Positions 1-9,372 of a stretch of 41,540 nt of DNA are shown piece by piece. Each line of letters starts with the position of its first letter. The stretch's first letter is position 1. The DNA comes from Candidatus Thorarchaeota archaeon. GTDB lineage: Archaea; Asgardarchaeota; Thorarchaeia; Thorarchaeales; Thorarchaeaceae. The DNA lies in assembly GCA_048882485.1 (NCBI GenBank), contig JBHLRP010000027.1, forward strand, positions 1 through 41,540, written 5' to 3'. The notes beneath the pieces were generated by a model. That model made no database searches. It was not told the origin of the DNA and saw only the letters and a program-made list of their open reading frames with translations. Both the position numbers and the translations under genes were made by a program.

Positions 1-2
1 TC

Positions 3-542
3 GAATGGTCTGAGGACTCCAAAGGGATTACAAATGGCGGCACACAGCTGAGACTCCGGCCTCTTGACATGGCCAAGATAGGTTATTTGTATCTTAGAAA
101 TGGTCAATGGGAGGGAGAACAGATTGTATCGCGCGGATGGATTGATGAGGCAACTTCGCCTTTTGTAAATACAACATTGAGAGAATCTCCCGGACTCATT
201 GAGAGTATCGGATACGGTTATCAGTGGTGGGTGCATTCCGAATTGGGTGCGTACTCGGCGTTTGGATGGGGTGGACAAAGCATCACAATAGTCCCTGAGC
301 ATGATATCGTCGCAGTTGTGACTGCAAGAAGTTCTGATCCATCAATATACGCTAGCAGGATTCTTACTCAGTGGATTCTACCTGCAGCTGGAGAGGAAGT
401 TAATGAGCCGAAATACTCTGATCCATTGGCGCAGTATATTTTTGGCAGCTCTGCAGCACTATTCTTCAGCCTCATAATAATCACAATGCCGTTACCTATT
501 GCTCTGGTTCTTGTCAAGGAATTGCCTGAAGACTCCACATGA
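3..542 (+). CDS. Serine hydrolase, beta-lactamase class C/AmpC-like family, with C-terminal membrane anchor (5' truncated by window edge)
   Basis: The frame is open from base 3 (EWSEDSKGITNGGTQLRLRPLDMAKIGYLYLRNGQWEGEQIVS..W). GYGYQWW and AYSAFGWGGQ are typical C-terminal motifs of this family. Hydrophobic C-terminal helix. Confidence 0.85.
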   Translation, partial: EWSEDSKGITNGGTQLRLRPLDMAKIGYLYLRNGQWEGEQIVSRGWIDEATSPFVNTTLRESPGLIESIGYGYQWWVHSELGAYSAFGWGGQSITIVPEHDIVAVVTARSSDPSIYASRILTQWILPAAGEEVNEPKYSDPLAQYIFGSSAALFFSLIIITMPLPIALVLVKELPEDST

Positions 543-697
543 TGATTCTTATGAACAGTTCCCACAAATTCTTGTTTCGACTCACGCTGATGGCAAAAGA
601 AACCTCCGAGAATCCTTATCAGTTGAGGGTCCACCTTTGGATTTAGTATAAATTGGGCGGCTTGGCTGTGCGTATACTACATGGTAGCTCCTTTGAC

Positions 698-1462
698 ATG
701 GATAGTGTAATCACTTTCATGCTACAACAGGCTCAAAGAAAAGGAGTCCTTAGAAGAGAGCAGGTGGAAGAAATAGCGATTTCCCCTCCATTGTTAAGAC
801 CCTTTAGAGAAGTCCTATGGGATTTGAGAGAGGATGTTTCGGATTGTAGGTCATTAATCGACGAATCCGTCTCACATGTGTCTCTCACCCCAGACCAGCA
901 ACTACTTCTTTGGAGACCTCAATATGCACATTTTGACTGGATTGATGATGATAGCATCCATAACATAGCCAATTTCAATCCTGATGATTCTTATGTCCAA
1001 GCCCTAGTTGACGATCTATTGGAACGCAGAATGACTGCGCAGAGAAACCTAGACGAATCTGAAGTTGAAGCTAGGAAATCACAAGCTGCCAAAAAATCGG
1101 CTTTGGCCTTCCTTATTCCAAGGTCCCCTGGCTCTATTAGGAAGCAGGAAGAAATGGAGGAAGGACGTCGACCTAGTCAAGGAATTCTTGTTGCATCATC
1201 ACTGGTGATGAATTGTCCACAGAACAGCAGAGTTGTACGTGGCAAGCTCGGATTACGCTTTTGGGTGCGCACAATGATGACAGAGTTTCGGAACCTTGAA
1301 ACACAAACTTCGAGATTCGTATTTCTAGAATCGCCAACCTCCGCTTCATTGCGGGAAGCAGTTTCATTCGGTCGAGCACTAACTCGTCTTTGCCAGCTGA
1401 ATGAGGACGCTAGGAGTCTTGTCCATCGACAATTTTTAGTCCTTGGTTCGACAGAATCCTAG
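698..1462 (+). CDS. Hypothetical protein
   Basis: Long ORF (TTG 653, first ATG 698) filling the intergenic space; no recognised motif. Confidence 0.6.
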   Translation: MDSVITFMLQQAQRKGVLRREQVEEIAISPPLLRPFREVLWDLREDVSDCRSLIDESVSHVSLTPDQQLLLWRPQYAHFDWIDDDSIHNIANFNPDDSYVQALVDDLLERRMTAQRNLDESEVEARKSQAAKKSALAFLIPRSPGSIRKQEEMEEGRRPSQGILVASSLVMNCPQNSRVVRGKLGLRFWVRTMMTEFRNLETQTSRFVFLESPTSASLREAVSFGRALTRLCQLNEDARSLVHRQFLVLGSTES

Positions 1463-1608
1463 GATTTTCTTACGCAGAACGAAAGTATATTGAGGATTGG
1501 AATGTTCGAAATCCTTAAACATGTGGTTTACACTTGTTTTTCACTGCATTCCTGGGAAGGCCTGTTCTATCCGGTTCTTTCCGGAGTCGCAGGAGTGGAG
1601 AGAAAATT

Positions 1609-3381
1609 ATGAAAAAGCAACAGATTGCATGTCTTGTTCTAGCAGCTTTCCTGGTCCTTCCTGTTGCAGGTGTGCCCGTTGTAGCGCAACTAGACGTTAC
1701 ACCCGAGTTGAGCTTCCCATTATGGACGCTCTCTTGGGATGATATCAGCGTGGCAACTGGTACAGGAATCAAAGTACTGCTTGACGACATAGGCATCAAT
1801 GTAAACGTCGAGATCAAAGATGATGATCCGATGTATGAAGGAATCTTTCAAGAACCTAGACAGTTCATGATGTATGAGATGAGCGAGGGTTTTGGCAGCG
1901 TGCCCGACCGGCTCTGGTCCTTCTGTCACTCGGAGAACATCGTTGACTGGGGGACTAACCCATTCGGTCTAGACAATGCAACATTTGACACAGCCATAGA
2001 GGATTTTCTGGGCGCAACACCGTCAGAGGTTGCAGAGAAAGCTAGAGTGATTCAGGTGATGGCAAAGGAGAATATTGCGTATATCCCTCTATTCTTGTCA
2101 GATGACACTCACGCCATAAGAAGTGAATGGACCAACTACACATTGAAGAATGGTGGAATCTTCACCTCTTTCAACCCGCAGACCATGATCTTCATGTACA
2201 ACACAAGCAATGTGAGAGTGGATACAGGACTTACAAACACCTTTGTCATGGCATTTCCATCAGACATCGCTGAGCTAAATCCATTCTTCTGGCGCAGCGA
2301 GCGATCACATTGGTATGATATGTTGGTGTACGACACACTCATATCATACGATTTGGGACTCAATCCTATTCCATGGTTAGCCGAATCATATGTGGTAGCC
2401 TCCAATGGTATGCAGGTCAACTTCACACTCAGGTCAGGTGCAAAATGGCATGATGGCACTGACGTAACACCAGACGATGTGAAGTTCTCATTTGAGTATA
2501 TGAGAGATGGTCCGGAGGATGGTGTCGCATGGACCTTCATGCAGCATGTTACGGATATCACAATCGATGGGATGGTCATATCCGTGGATATTGACACACC
2601 TTGGGCTTTCGCACTCAATGAGCTTGGCGAGATCTACATCCTACCGAAGCACATTCGTGAAGGAATCCCGTCTGATGACGCTCGCTGGGATGATCCTGAC
2701 AACATCACAGGTGCACACTATGGTTCTGGACCATTCATGTATGACGTTCGCGTTCCAGATGAATACACCACCGTGGTCAGAAATGACCAGTGGTGGGGAC
2801 CAAGCAATCCCTACGTCGGTCAGCTGCCTAATATCGAAGAGGTGCGAATTGACGTAGTTCAAGGACAGGATGCGCGAATTCTTGCGATGAGGAGCGGGGA
2901 TGCTGATACAGAACGCTATGAAGTCTTCGGAGCGTACGTGAACACAATCCTAAACGCTCCAGAGCTTGATCTCGTCACGGGACTGCCATCCCAATGGGAT
3001 TACTACATTGGATTCAACCTAACCATTCCAGGCCTCGACGACATTGCAGTACGACGAGCAATAGCATTCGCCATGGACAGAGAGTATCTAGTTCAAGTAG
3101 GAAGACTTGGATTTGGCACAATTACAAATAACACTATGCCGTCCACATTCTATCCTAGCTACTATAATTCTGATGGAGCCTGGCCGGATTCGGAAACCGA
3201 CACGGCAAACCAGATTCTTGATGACGCTGGTTATCTTGACATAGACAACGATGGCATCCGAGAATTTCCAGGTGCATCACTCCCTGAACCAGGACCTGAT
3301 CTTCTTCTTATTGCAGGTATTGGAGCAGGTGCTCTCTTGGTAGGCGTCCTCGTAACATACATCTTCTTGCGAAAGAAATAG
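1609..3381 (+). CDS. dppA: Peptide/nickel ABC transporter substrate-binding protein (family 5), circularly permuted, with signal peptide and C-terminal TM anchor
   Basis: Motifs LNP, YDTL..PWLAESY..TLR.GAKWHDG..VTPDDVKFS, GSGPF, VRRAIAFAMDR and ILDDAGYLDIDNDGIRE. ATG at 1609 (MKKQQIACLVLAA signal) follows AGGAG/GGAGAG. Ends in a TM helix plus RKK. Confidence 0.92.
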   Translation: MKKQQIACLVLAAFLVLPVAGVPVVAQLDVTPELSFPLWTLSWDDISVATGTGIKVLLDDIGINVNVEIKDDDPMYEGIFQEPRQFMMYEMSEGFGSVPDRLWSFCHSENIVDWGTNPFGLDNATFDTAIEDFLGATPSEVAEKARVIQVMAKENIAYIPLFLSDDTHAIRSEWTNYTLKNGGIFTSFNPQTMIFMYNTSNVRVDTGLTNTFVMAFPSDIAELNPFFWRSERSHWYDMLVYDTLISYDLGLNPIPWLAESYVVASNGMQVNFTLRSGAKWHDGTDVTPDDVKFSFEYMRDGPEDGVAWTFMQHVTDITIDGMVISVDIDTPWAFALNELGEIYILPKHIREGIPSDDARWDDPDNITGAHYGSGPFMYDVRVPDEYTTVVRNDQWWGPSNPYVGQLPNIEEVRIDVVQGQDARILAMRSGDADTERYEVFGAYVNTILNAPELDLVTGLPSQWDYYIGFNLTIPGLDDIAVRRAIAFAMDREYLVQVGRLGFGTITNNTMPSTFYPSYYNSDGAWPDSETDTANQILDDAGYLDIDNDGIREFPGASLPEPGPDLLLIAGIGAGALLVGVLVTYIFLRKK

Positions 3382-3394
3382 AATCTGAATAATA

Positions 3395-3432
3395 GGAAGA
3401 GCAGCATGTCTGCTCTTTCTTTCCCATTTTTC
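3395..3432 (+). terminator. Stem-loop plus U-rich tract after the SBP gene (terminator or mRNA-stabilising hairpin)
   Basis: GGAAGAGCAG-CATGT-CTGCTCTTTC followed by TTTCCCATTTTTC. Confidence 0.6.
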
Positions 3433-3526
3433 TTCGCCGTCAAACTCTACACGCGCTATCCGATACCCTTTAGAGGGCAAATCTCACCATGAACCAAAAT
3501 AGGAAAAAGACAGCAGGTAATTCATA

Positions 3527-4519
3527 ATGGCTGCCCGAAAATCAATAGGAACAAGACGCTATATTCTACAACGATTAGGACAGACAGTATTGATCTTGTT
3601 CGTCATAATAACAGTGAATTTCTTCATATTTCGAATCATGCCCGGAGATCCTAGGGCCTCGCTAATACGTGAAAACATGCCTCCTGAGCTGCGCCAAACT
3701 ATAGTAGCCAGATTCGGACTTGATAAACCCCTCTTCGAGCAGTTTGTATTATACATTGCCAATCTCCTCCAAGGGGACTTGGGGACATCATTCTCACACT
3801 TTGGCGAACCAGTCTTTGAAACAATCTTTGGCTACAGATTCATGAACACCTTCGTCTTAATGGGAGCTTCCCTAATCATATCGACAATAATCGGCATGTT
3901 CTTTGGAGTCATTGCTGCTGCACGGAGAGATAGCAAACTTGACACAGGTTCAACTGTGTTCTTTCTAGTGGCCTACTCTATCCCTGTGTTCTGGATAGGC
4001 CTGCTACTGTTACTGTTCTTCGGATTTTACTTCAATCTAATCCCTATCGCAGGTACTATTACGCGTGGATACATTCATGCGAATTTCCTGGACTATATCC
4101 GGGATTACGCTTGGCATATGGCTGGTCCATGTCTTGTGCTCACTTTGTCGTTCATCGGGGGCTTCTACTTGATAATGCGTGATACGGTCCTTGATGTGTT
4201 TACTCAGGACTATATGCTGGCCGCTCGTGCGAAGGGCCTCAAAGAGAGAACAATACTCTATGGTCATGCCATGCGCAACGCCATGTTGCCTATGGTCAGC
4301 GTGATTGCGGTAAACATTCCATACCTTATTGGCGGCGCCATAATGACCGAGTTCGTTTTTAGCTGGTCAGGATTGGGCTTGCTGACCTATAACTCGGTTC
4401 TTTCTAAGGACTATCCGGTTTTGCAGGGAATATTCCTATTCTACACCGCCGTGACTGTTATTGCAAACCTTGCCGCAGATCTCATCTATCTGTATCTAGA
4501 TCCGCGGATACGATATTAG
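3527..4519 (+). CDS. dppB: Peptide ABC transporter permease DppB/OppB
   Basis: YILQRL, MPGDP, GLDKPLFEQF, GDLG.S, EAA-type loop DYMLAARAKGL, DPRIRY. Confidence 0.95.
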   Translation: MAARKSIGTRRYILQRLGQTVLILFVIITVNFFIFRIMPGDPRASLIRENMPPELRQTIVARFGLDKPLFEQFVLYIANLLQGDLGTSFSHFGEPVFETIFGYRFMNTFVLMGASLIISTIIGMFFGVIAAARRDSKLDTGSTVFFLVAYSIPVFWIGLLLLLFFGFYFNLIPIAGTITRGYIHANFLDYIRDYAWHMAGPCLVLTLSFIGGFYLIMRDTVLDVFTQDYMLAARAKGLKERTILYGHAMRNAMLPMVSVIAVNIPYLIGGAIMTEFVFSWSGLGLLTYNSVLSKDYPVLQGIFLFYTAVTVIANLAADLIYLYLDPRIRY

Positions 4520-4532
4520 GAGGAGGAAAGCC

Positions 4533-6077
4533 TTGACAGATTCTGATGCCCAAGCAGCCACTCTTGACTACCAGCCACTACAAATGCCTGCGGAACCACC
4601 CAAGGCATGGCATGTTCGTCTCGTGGGCATCGGTGCCATCATTCTTATGGCTGTGTTTACCATCGTCGCCGCAGATGCAGCCATTGCTTATACCGCGCAA
4701 TGGGTTGCAGTTGCGTTTGCAGGATTGAACTTCGCTAATACAGAAGCCTATACTCTTGTAGTTCGCATCATAGGGATGATTCTGCTTGTGATGGTATTAT
4801 GGATTGGATTTCTGGGGAAACAGGTCTATGAGAAAAGGCCAGGGCGAATTGCATCCAAGCTATTACAAGTTGGTGTCGCTTGGTTTGTCCTTATCACAAT
4901 AGGCACAGGAGCTGGATTGATTGCATTCTTTGGACTATTTCTTTGGACTCCACGACAGATATCTCATTGGTCAACCAAGAAATTGTCATACTACCACTTC
5001 TCGATTGTTGGTATCATAGGCACTTGGATGGCATTAGAGATGTTCCTCACTGAGGATGTCGTAGGTGCCAACATTCTGCCGAGGGTTCTATCACCACCAT
5101 TGGGTATTCTTCTGTCCCGATTCAATTTGGAGATTATCTCCTTGAGTGCTATGTTTTTCGTGATACCGCTATTCGTGCTGTTGCCCAGAATATTGAAGAG
5201 CATATACGGCTTACGACGAGGGATTGAATCGTTTTGGGGCGACTTCGTTAGAAACCGGATGGGTCTGTTTGGGTTTGCATTGATACTGGCAATTGTGCTT
5301 CTTGCCGTATTTGCTCCCTTTATTGCCCCATATCACTGGTCATATGTTTCAACCAACCCAGCAGACTTCTATGCGCCTCCCAGTCCTGAGCATATATTTG
5401 GAACAAACCAGGATGGTTCAGACATCTATAGCAGGGTGATCTGGGGTACGCAGATCTCTCTCATTGTGGGATTCTCAGCAAGCATTGTGGCGGTCCTAAT
5501 TGGCACTATAGTTGGACTGGCTTCAGGCTATTATGGTGGCTTCCTCGATACGGTTCTGATGCGGATTACAGATGTGTTCCTATGCCTGCCTTATCTTCCA
5601 CTAATGCTAATCTTCCTAGTATTATTCGGGCAGGGACTGCAGAACGTGATTCTAGTGATTGCGATTCTTGGATGGACCGGAACTGCACGAATGGTCCGGA
5701 GCGAAGCGCTTTCTTTACGCGAGCGTCCACTTACAGAGGCGGCTCATGCGATAGGTGCGTCAGACAGTTACATTCTATTTCGTCACATTCTGCCCAACAC
5801 TCTTCCGCTTATACTGGCAAATGTAATCATAGGCGTGGTGGCTGCTATTCTTAGCGAGGCTGGTATCGCTTTCCTCGGATTTGTAGACATTCATGGTCAG
5901 CCTAGCTGGGGAATCGTGCTCCATTGGGCATCCAAAGGTGGCGCTTTAGTGAACCAAAGCTGGTGGTGGATCATCCCACCTGGAGTCATGATCATGCTTA
6001 CAACCTTGGCTTTCGCCTTCGTAAGTCACGCAGCCGATAAGGTCGTCAATCCACGTCTTCAAGGGAGGCGAGGATAG
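4533..6077 (+). CDS. dppC: Peptide ABC transporter permease DppC/OppC with long N-terminal multi-TM extension
   Basis: HIFGTNQDGSDIYSRVIWG, MRITDVFL, EAAHAIGAS..HILPN, PSWG and NPR; about 230 extra hydrophobic residues at the N-terminus. Confidence 0.93.
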   Translation: MTDSDAQAATLDYQPLQMPAEPPKAWHVRLVGIGAIILMAVFTIVAADAAIAYTAQWVAVAFAGLNFANTEAYTLVVRIIGMILLVMVLWIGFLGKQVYEKRPGRIASKLLQVGVAWFVLITIGTGAGLIAFFGLFLWTPRQISHWSTKKLSYYHFSIVGIIGTWMALEMFLTEDVVGANILPRVLSPPLGILLSRFNLEIISLSAMFFVIPLFVLLPRILKSIYGLRRGIESFWGDFVRNRMGLFGFALILAIVLLAVFAPFIAPYHWSYVSTNPADFYAPPSPEHIFGTNQDGSDIYSRVIWGTQISLIVGFSASIVAVLIGTIVGLASGYYGGFLDTVLMRITDVFLCLPYLPLMLIFLVLFGQGLQNVILVIAILGWTGTARMVRSEALSLRERPLTEAAHAIGASDSYILFRHILPNTLPLILANVIIGVVAAILSEAGIAFLGFVDIHGQPSWGIVLHWASKGGALVNQSWWWIIPPGVMIMLTTLAFAFVSHAADKVVNPRLQGRRG

Positions 6078-6078
6078 A

Positions 6079-7059
6079 ATGCCCGTCCTAGAGCTTCGCG
6101 ACCTGACCACTCACTACTACCTAGGCGGGAAGCCAGTTCGTGCTGTTGAGAACGTATCACTCGATATTGACCGGCAGGAAACATTGGGCCTCGCAGGAGA
6201 ATCGGGATGTGGGAAGACTACAACAGCTTACAGCATCCTACGAATACTTCCAGAGAACGGCAAGATTGTTGGCGGACAAATTCTATTGGACGGAGAGGAC
6301 CTCATCGAGAAGCCTGCGGAAGAGATGAGGCAAATTCGATGGAGAAGTGCATCAATCGTATTTCAGTATGCAATGAACGCATTCAATCCCGTCTTGCGCA
6401 TTGGGGCTCAGATCATCGAAGTGATGCGTGAGAAAGGGGAAATCTCAGAGGAGGAAGCTTCTGACAAAGTCAAGTCGCTCTTTGATGAAGTGGGATTGGA
6501 ACCTAAACGAGTCATGGACTATCCTCACGAGTTCAGTGGCGGGATGCTACAACGTGCCATTATCGCCCAGGCTCTAGCATGTGATCCAAAGCTAATAATA
6601 GCTGATGAACCGGTGACTGCTCTTGATGTCGTGGTGCAGAACAAGATTCTCGAATTGCTTCGAAAGCTTCAGAAGAAATACAACCTTGCAGTTCTCTTCA
6701 TAACTCATGATCTCTCAGTCGTAGCCGAGAACTGCACAAACACTGGAATAATGTACGCCGGGAACATGGTGGAGCTGGGAACAACAAAGGCAGTGTTTAA
6801 GGAGTCACTCCATCCATATACATACAAACTGATAGGGGCTTTCCCAAGCATCAAGGGACCAAAGCGTCATCTGGAGTTCATACCTGGTTCACCTCCCAAT
6901 CTGCTTTATCCTCCACCTGGCTGCAAATTCCATCCTAGATGCCCATATGCCCAAGACATATGCAAGACAGTTTTTCCTGAATTCAGAGAGCTTGAACCGG
7001 GGCATTTCGCGAGATGTCATTTTGCAGGGCAACTTGATTTCGGTGGTGATACACAATGA
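6079..7059 (+). CDS. dppD: Oligopeptide ABC transporter ATP-binding protein DppD
   Basis: [26 protein letters not shown] and C-terminal GCKFHPRC..C..C motif. Confidence 0.95.
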   Translation: MPVLELRDLTTHYYLGGKPVRAVENVSLDIDRQETLGLAGESGCGKTTTAYSILRILPENGKIVGGQILLDGEDLIEKPAEEMRQIRWRSASIVFQYAMNAFNPVLRIGAQIIEVMREKGEISEEEASDKVKSLFDEVGLEPKRVMDYPHEFSGGMLQRAIIAQALACDPKLIIADEPVTALDVVVQNKILELLRKLQKKYNLAVLFITHDLSVVAENCTNTGIMYAGNMVELGTTKAVFKESLHPYTYKLIGAFPSIKGPKRHLEFIPGSPPNLLYPPPGCKFHPRCPYAQDICKTVFPEFRELEPGHFARCHFAGQLDFGGDTQ

Positions 7060-8042
7060 GCTCAAAGACTATTCTCAGTGTCCGGGACCTGAAGAAATGG
7101 TTCCCCGTTCGCACGGGCCTGTTTTCCTTCTTCAGTGAAACAAGATATGTGAAAGCAGTTGATGGAGTAAGCTTTGATGTCCAAGAGGGGGGTTCTGTGT
7201 GCATCGTCGGAGAGAGCGGTTGTGGGAAAACGACACTTGCAAGAACCATACTCCGCCTTGTCGAGCCCACCGCAGGATCGGTTGAGTTCGAGGGACAGAG
7301 CATCTACGATTTGACCCGCGAGGAGCTTCAGGTTCTGCGATTAAGAATGCAATTGATTTTCCAGAATCCATTCGAGGTCCTTGATCCAAGACTTACAGTT
7401 GAGCGACTAGTAGCAGAAGGTCTCGAAATACATTCGATTGAAGAAGATGAGAAGGCCGTTCGGGAGAGAGTCTTGGAAGTACTTGACGATGTTCGACTTG
7501 TGCCAGCTGAAGACTTTGCTCGACGCTATACACATGAACTCAGTGGAGGACAACTCCAACGTGTGGCTGTTGCACGCTCCTTGATACTCAAGCCCAGGCT
7601 CATTATAGCTGATGAACCAGTATCAATGCTGGATGCGAGTATCCGTACCGAAATAATGAATCTGATGGATGAATTGCAGAAAGAACATGGTCTGACTTAC
7701 ATCTTCATAACACATGATCTCGCCCAAGCCAGATACATTGGTGATTTTTGCATTGTCATGTATTTGGGGCGCATCGCAGAAATGGGGCCAATGGAAACCG
7801 TAATCCAAGAACCGATACACCCATACACCAAGGCACTAGTTTCCAACATCCCGATACCAGACCCCACAGTGGAACGAGATAGGATATACCTCCCCGGAGA
7901 AACGCCTACTCCCATTGACCTTCCGGAGGGCTGCCGCTTTAAACCAAGATGCCAAGAGTATGATGAGGGATACTGCAAAGCAGAGGAACCGAATCTAATC
8001 GAGGTTTCTCCAGGCCACTGGGTAGCCTGTTATGCGCTCTGA
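7056..8042 (+). CDS. dppF: Oligopeptide ABC transporter ATP-binding protein DppF
   Basis: [20 protein letters not shown] and GCRFKPRC; ATGA overlap with the upstream gene. Confidence 0.95.
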   Translation: MSSKTILSVRDLKKWFPVRTGLFSFFSETRYVKAVDGVSFDVQEGGSVCIVGESGCGKTTLARTILRLVEPTAGSVEFEGQSIYDLTREELQVLRLRMQLIFQNPFEVLDPRLTVERLVAEGLEIHSIEEDEKAVRERVLEVLDDVRLVPAEDFARRYTHELSGGQLQRVAVARSLILKPRLIIADEPVSMLDASIRTEIMNLMDELQKEHGLTYIFITHDLAQARYIGDFCIVMYLGRIAEMGPMETVIQEPIHPYTKALVSNIPIPDPTVERDRIYLPGETPTPIDLPEGCRFKPRCQEYDEGYCKAEEPNLIEVSPGHWVACYAL

Positions 8043-8066
8043 TTCTATAGGAAGTTGGAAGGCGCA

Positions 8067-9323
8067 ATGGTGATGAATGAAGAGCGAAAGAGTGATTGGG
8101 CTGCACTCAGGTCTGTCTATCACTCAGCTGTTTTCTGCAGTCTTGGCTTCTTTCTAGTAAGATTTCTGATTCCAATCATCGCCTATACAATAATGGGAGT
8201 TTCAGCAACTGAGGTTGCGCTAGTCTTCTCGATGCTAACATTGGGATCTGCAGCGTTCTCTCCAATTGCAGGCAAAATCGCACGGCGCGGACGGAGAAGA
8301 GAGTCAATAGCACTTGGTGCGATGGTAAGAGCTCTTGCTTATTTTGGCATGGCTGTCGCTATATTGCTGAATAGCATAGAACTACTAATCTTGAACAGTC
8401 TAGTCTGGGGAATGGGTGCAGCCTTCTATCGAGTGGGTAGTGATGCAGAAATCTCAGAGAGAGTAATCAGGGATAACAGAGCGGAGGCATTTGGAAGAAG
8501 AGAGTCATTTAGTGCAACGGGCAGCATCATTGGGGCATTTGCTGGCTTCAGCATAATCTTAACGATAAGCCTCGAGGCAGTGTTTCTTTTCTTTGCAGTC
8601 ATGAATGTCTTTGGTGGACTCATCGTAATCAGACATCGTCCTGAACTTGAGCCATTCAAGGAGAGTGCTCTCCTTCCAAGTGCCAAGAAGGCAGTGGGGG
8701 CAGGAATCATTGCACTAGTTATTGCAGCATCACTTGATACATTCATAGCAGCTCTGCTTTCGCCTTTTGTTGAGATTTTCATTCTTCACCATTACCCAGG
8801 ATTGGACCTCTCTCTACTTGCTCTGGTCTATCTCCCAGCCGGAATTATCTCAGGCTTATTTGGAGCTCCACTTGGCAAATATGCGGATAAGAGAAACAAG
8901 GTCAAGATTGTATCAGGAGCAGTCTTTGTCGGAGCAACAGGCATGCTTGTTCTGGCATTCGTGCCTGCCATATTTCCTGCGACTTGGCATGGACTTCTCT
9001 CGATTTCTATTCTCTTCACAATTGGCAGTGTCACTGGTGTTATGGCATACACCGTGATGTCCTCTGTGCTTGGGACAGTATATGAAGGTAGAGCTGGGGA
9101 AGGTTTTGGGATGTTTGAAGCGGCAATGGGTCTCTCTCGCTTCTCAGCTCCGCTGGTTGGCGGCCTATTGTGGGACTTCATCGATCCGGTAATCCCATTC
9201 TTGTTCGTAGGTATGTCTGGCTTTCTTCTTATACCGATCTACATCCATGGCATGCGGCAATACGAACAGGCAATCTCCTTCAGAGATGAAACATCTTCTG
9301 TCATTGATACGCAAGAATTATAG
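8067..9323 (+). CDS. MFS transporter
   Basis: About 12 hydrophobic segments; motif-A-like GKIARRGRRR and GKYADKRNK. Start uncertain (8055/8067/8073). Confidence 0.88.
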   Translation: MVMNEERKSDWAALRSVYHSAVFCSLGFFLVRFLIPIIAYTIMGVSATEVALVFSMLTLGSAAFSPIAGKIARRGRRRESIALGAMVRALAYFGMAVAILLNSIELLILNSLVWGMGAAFYRVGSDAEISERVIRDNRAEAFGRRESFSATGSIIGAFAGFSIILTISLEAVFLFFAVMNVFGGLIVIRHRPELEPFKESALLPSAKKAVGAGIIALVIAASLDTFIAALLSPFVEIFILHHYPGLDLSLLALVYLPAGIISGLFGAPLGKYADKRNKVKIVSGAVFVGATGMLVLAFVPAIFPATWHGLLSISILFTIGSVTGVMAYTVMSSVLGTVYEGRAGEGFGMFEAAMGLSRFSAPLVGGLLWDFIDPVIPFLFVGMSGFLLIPIYIHGMRQYEQAISFRDETSSVIDTQEL

Positions 9324-9372
9324 CGATGTAGATTGCCCCATGCTTCGATGACGGCCTAGTAGGTGTAATTCA

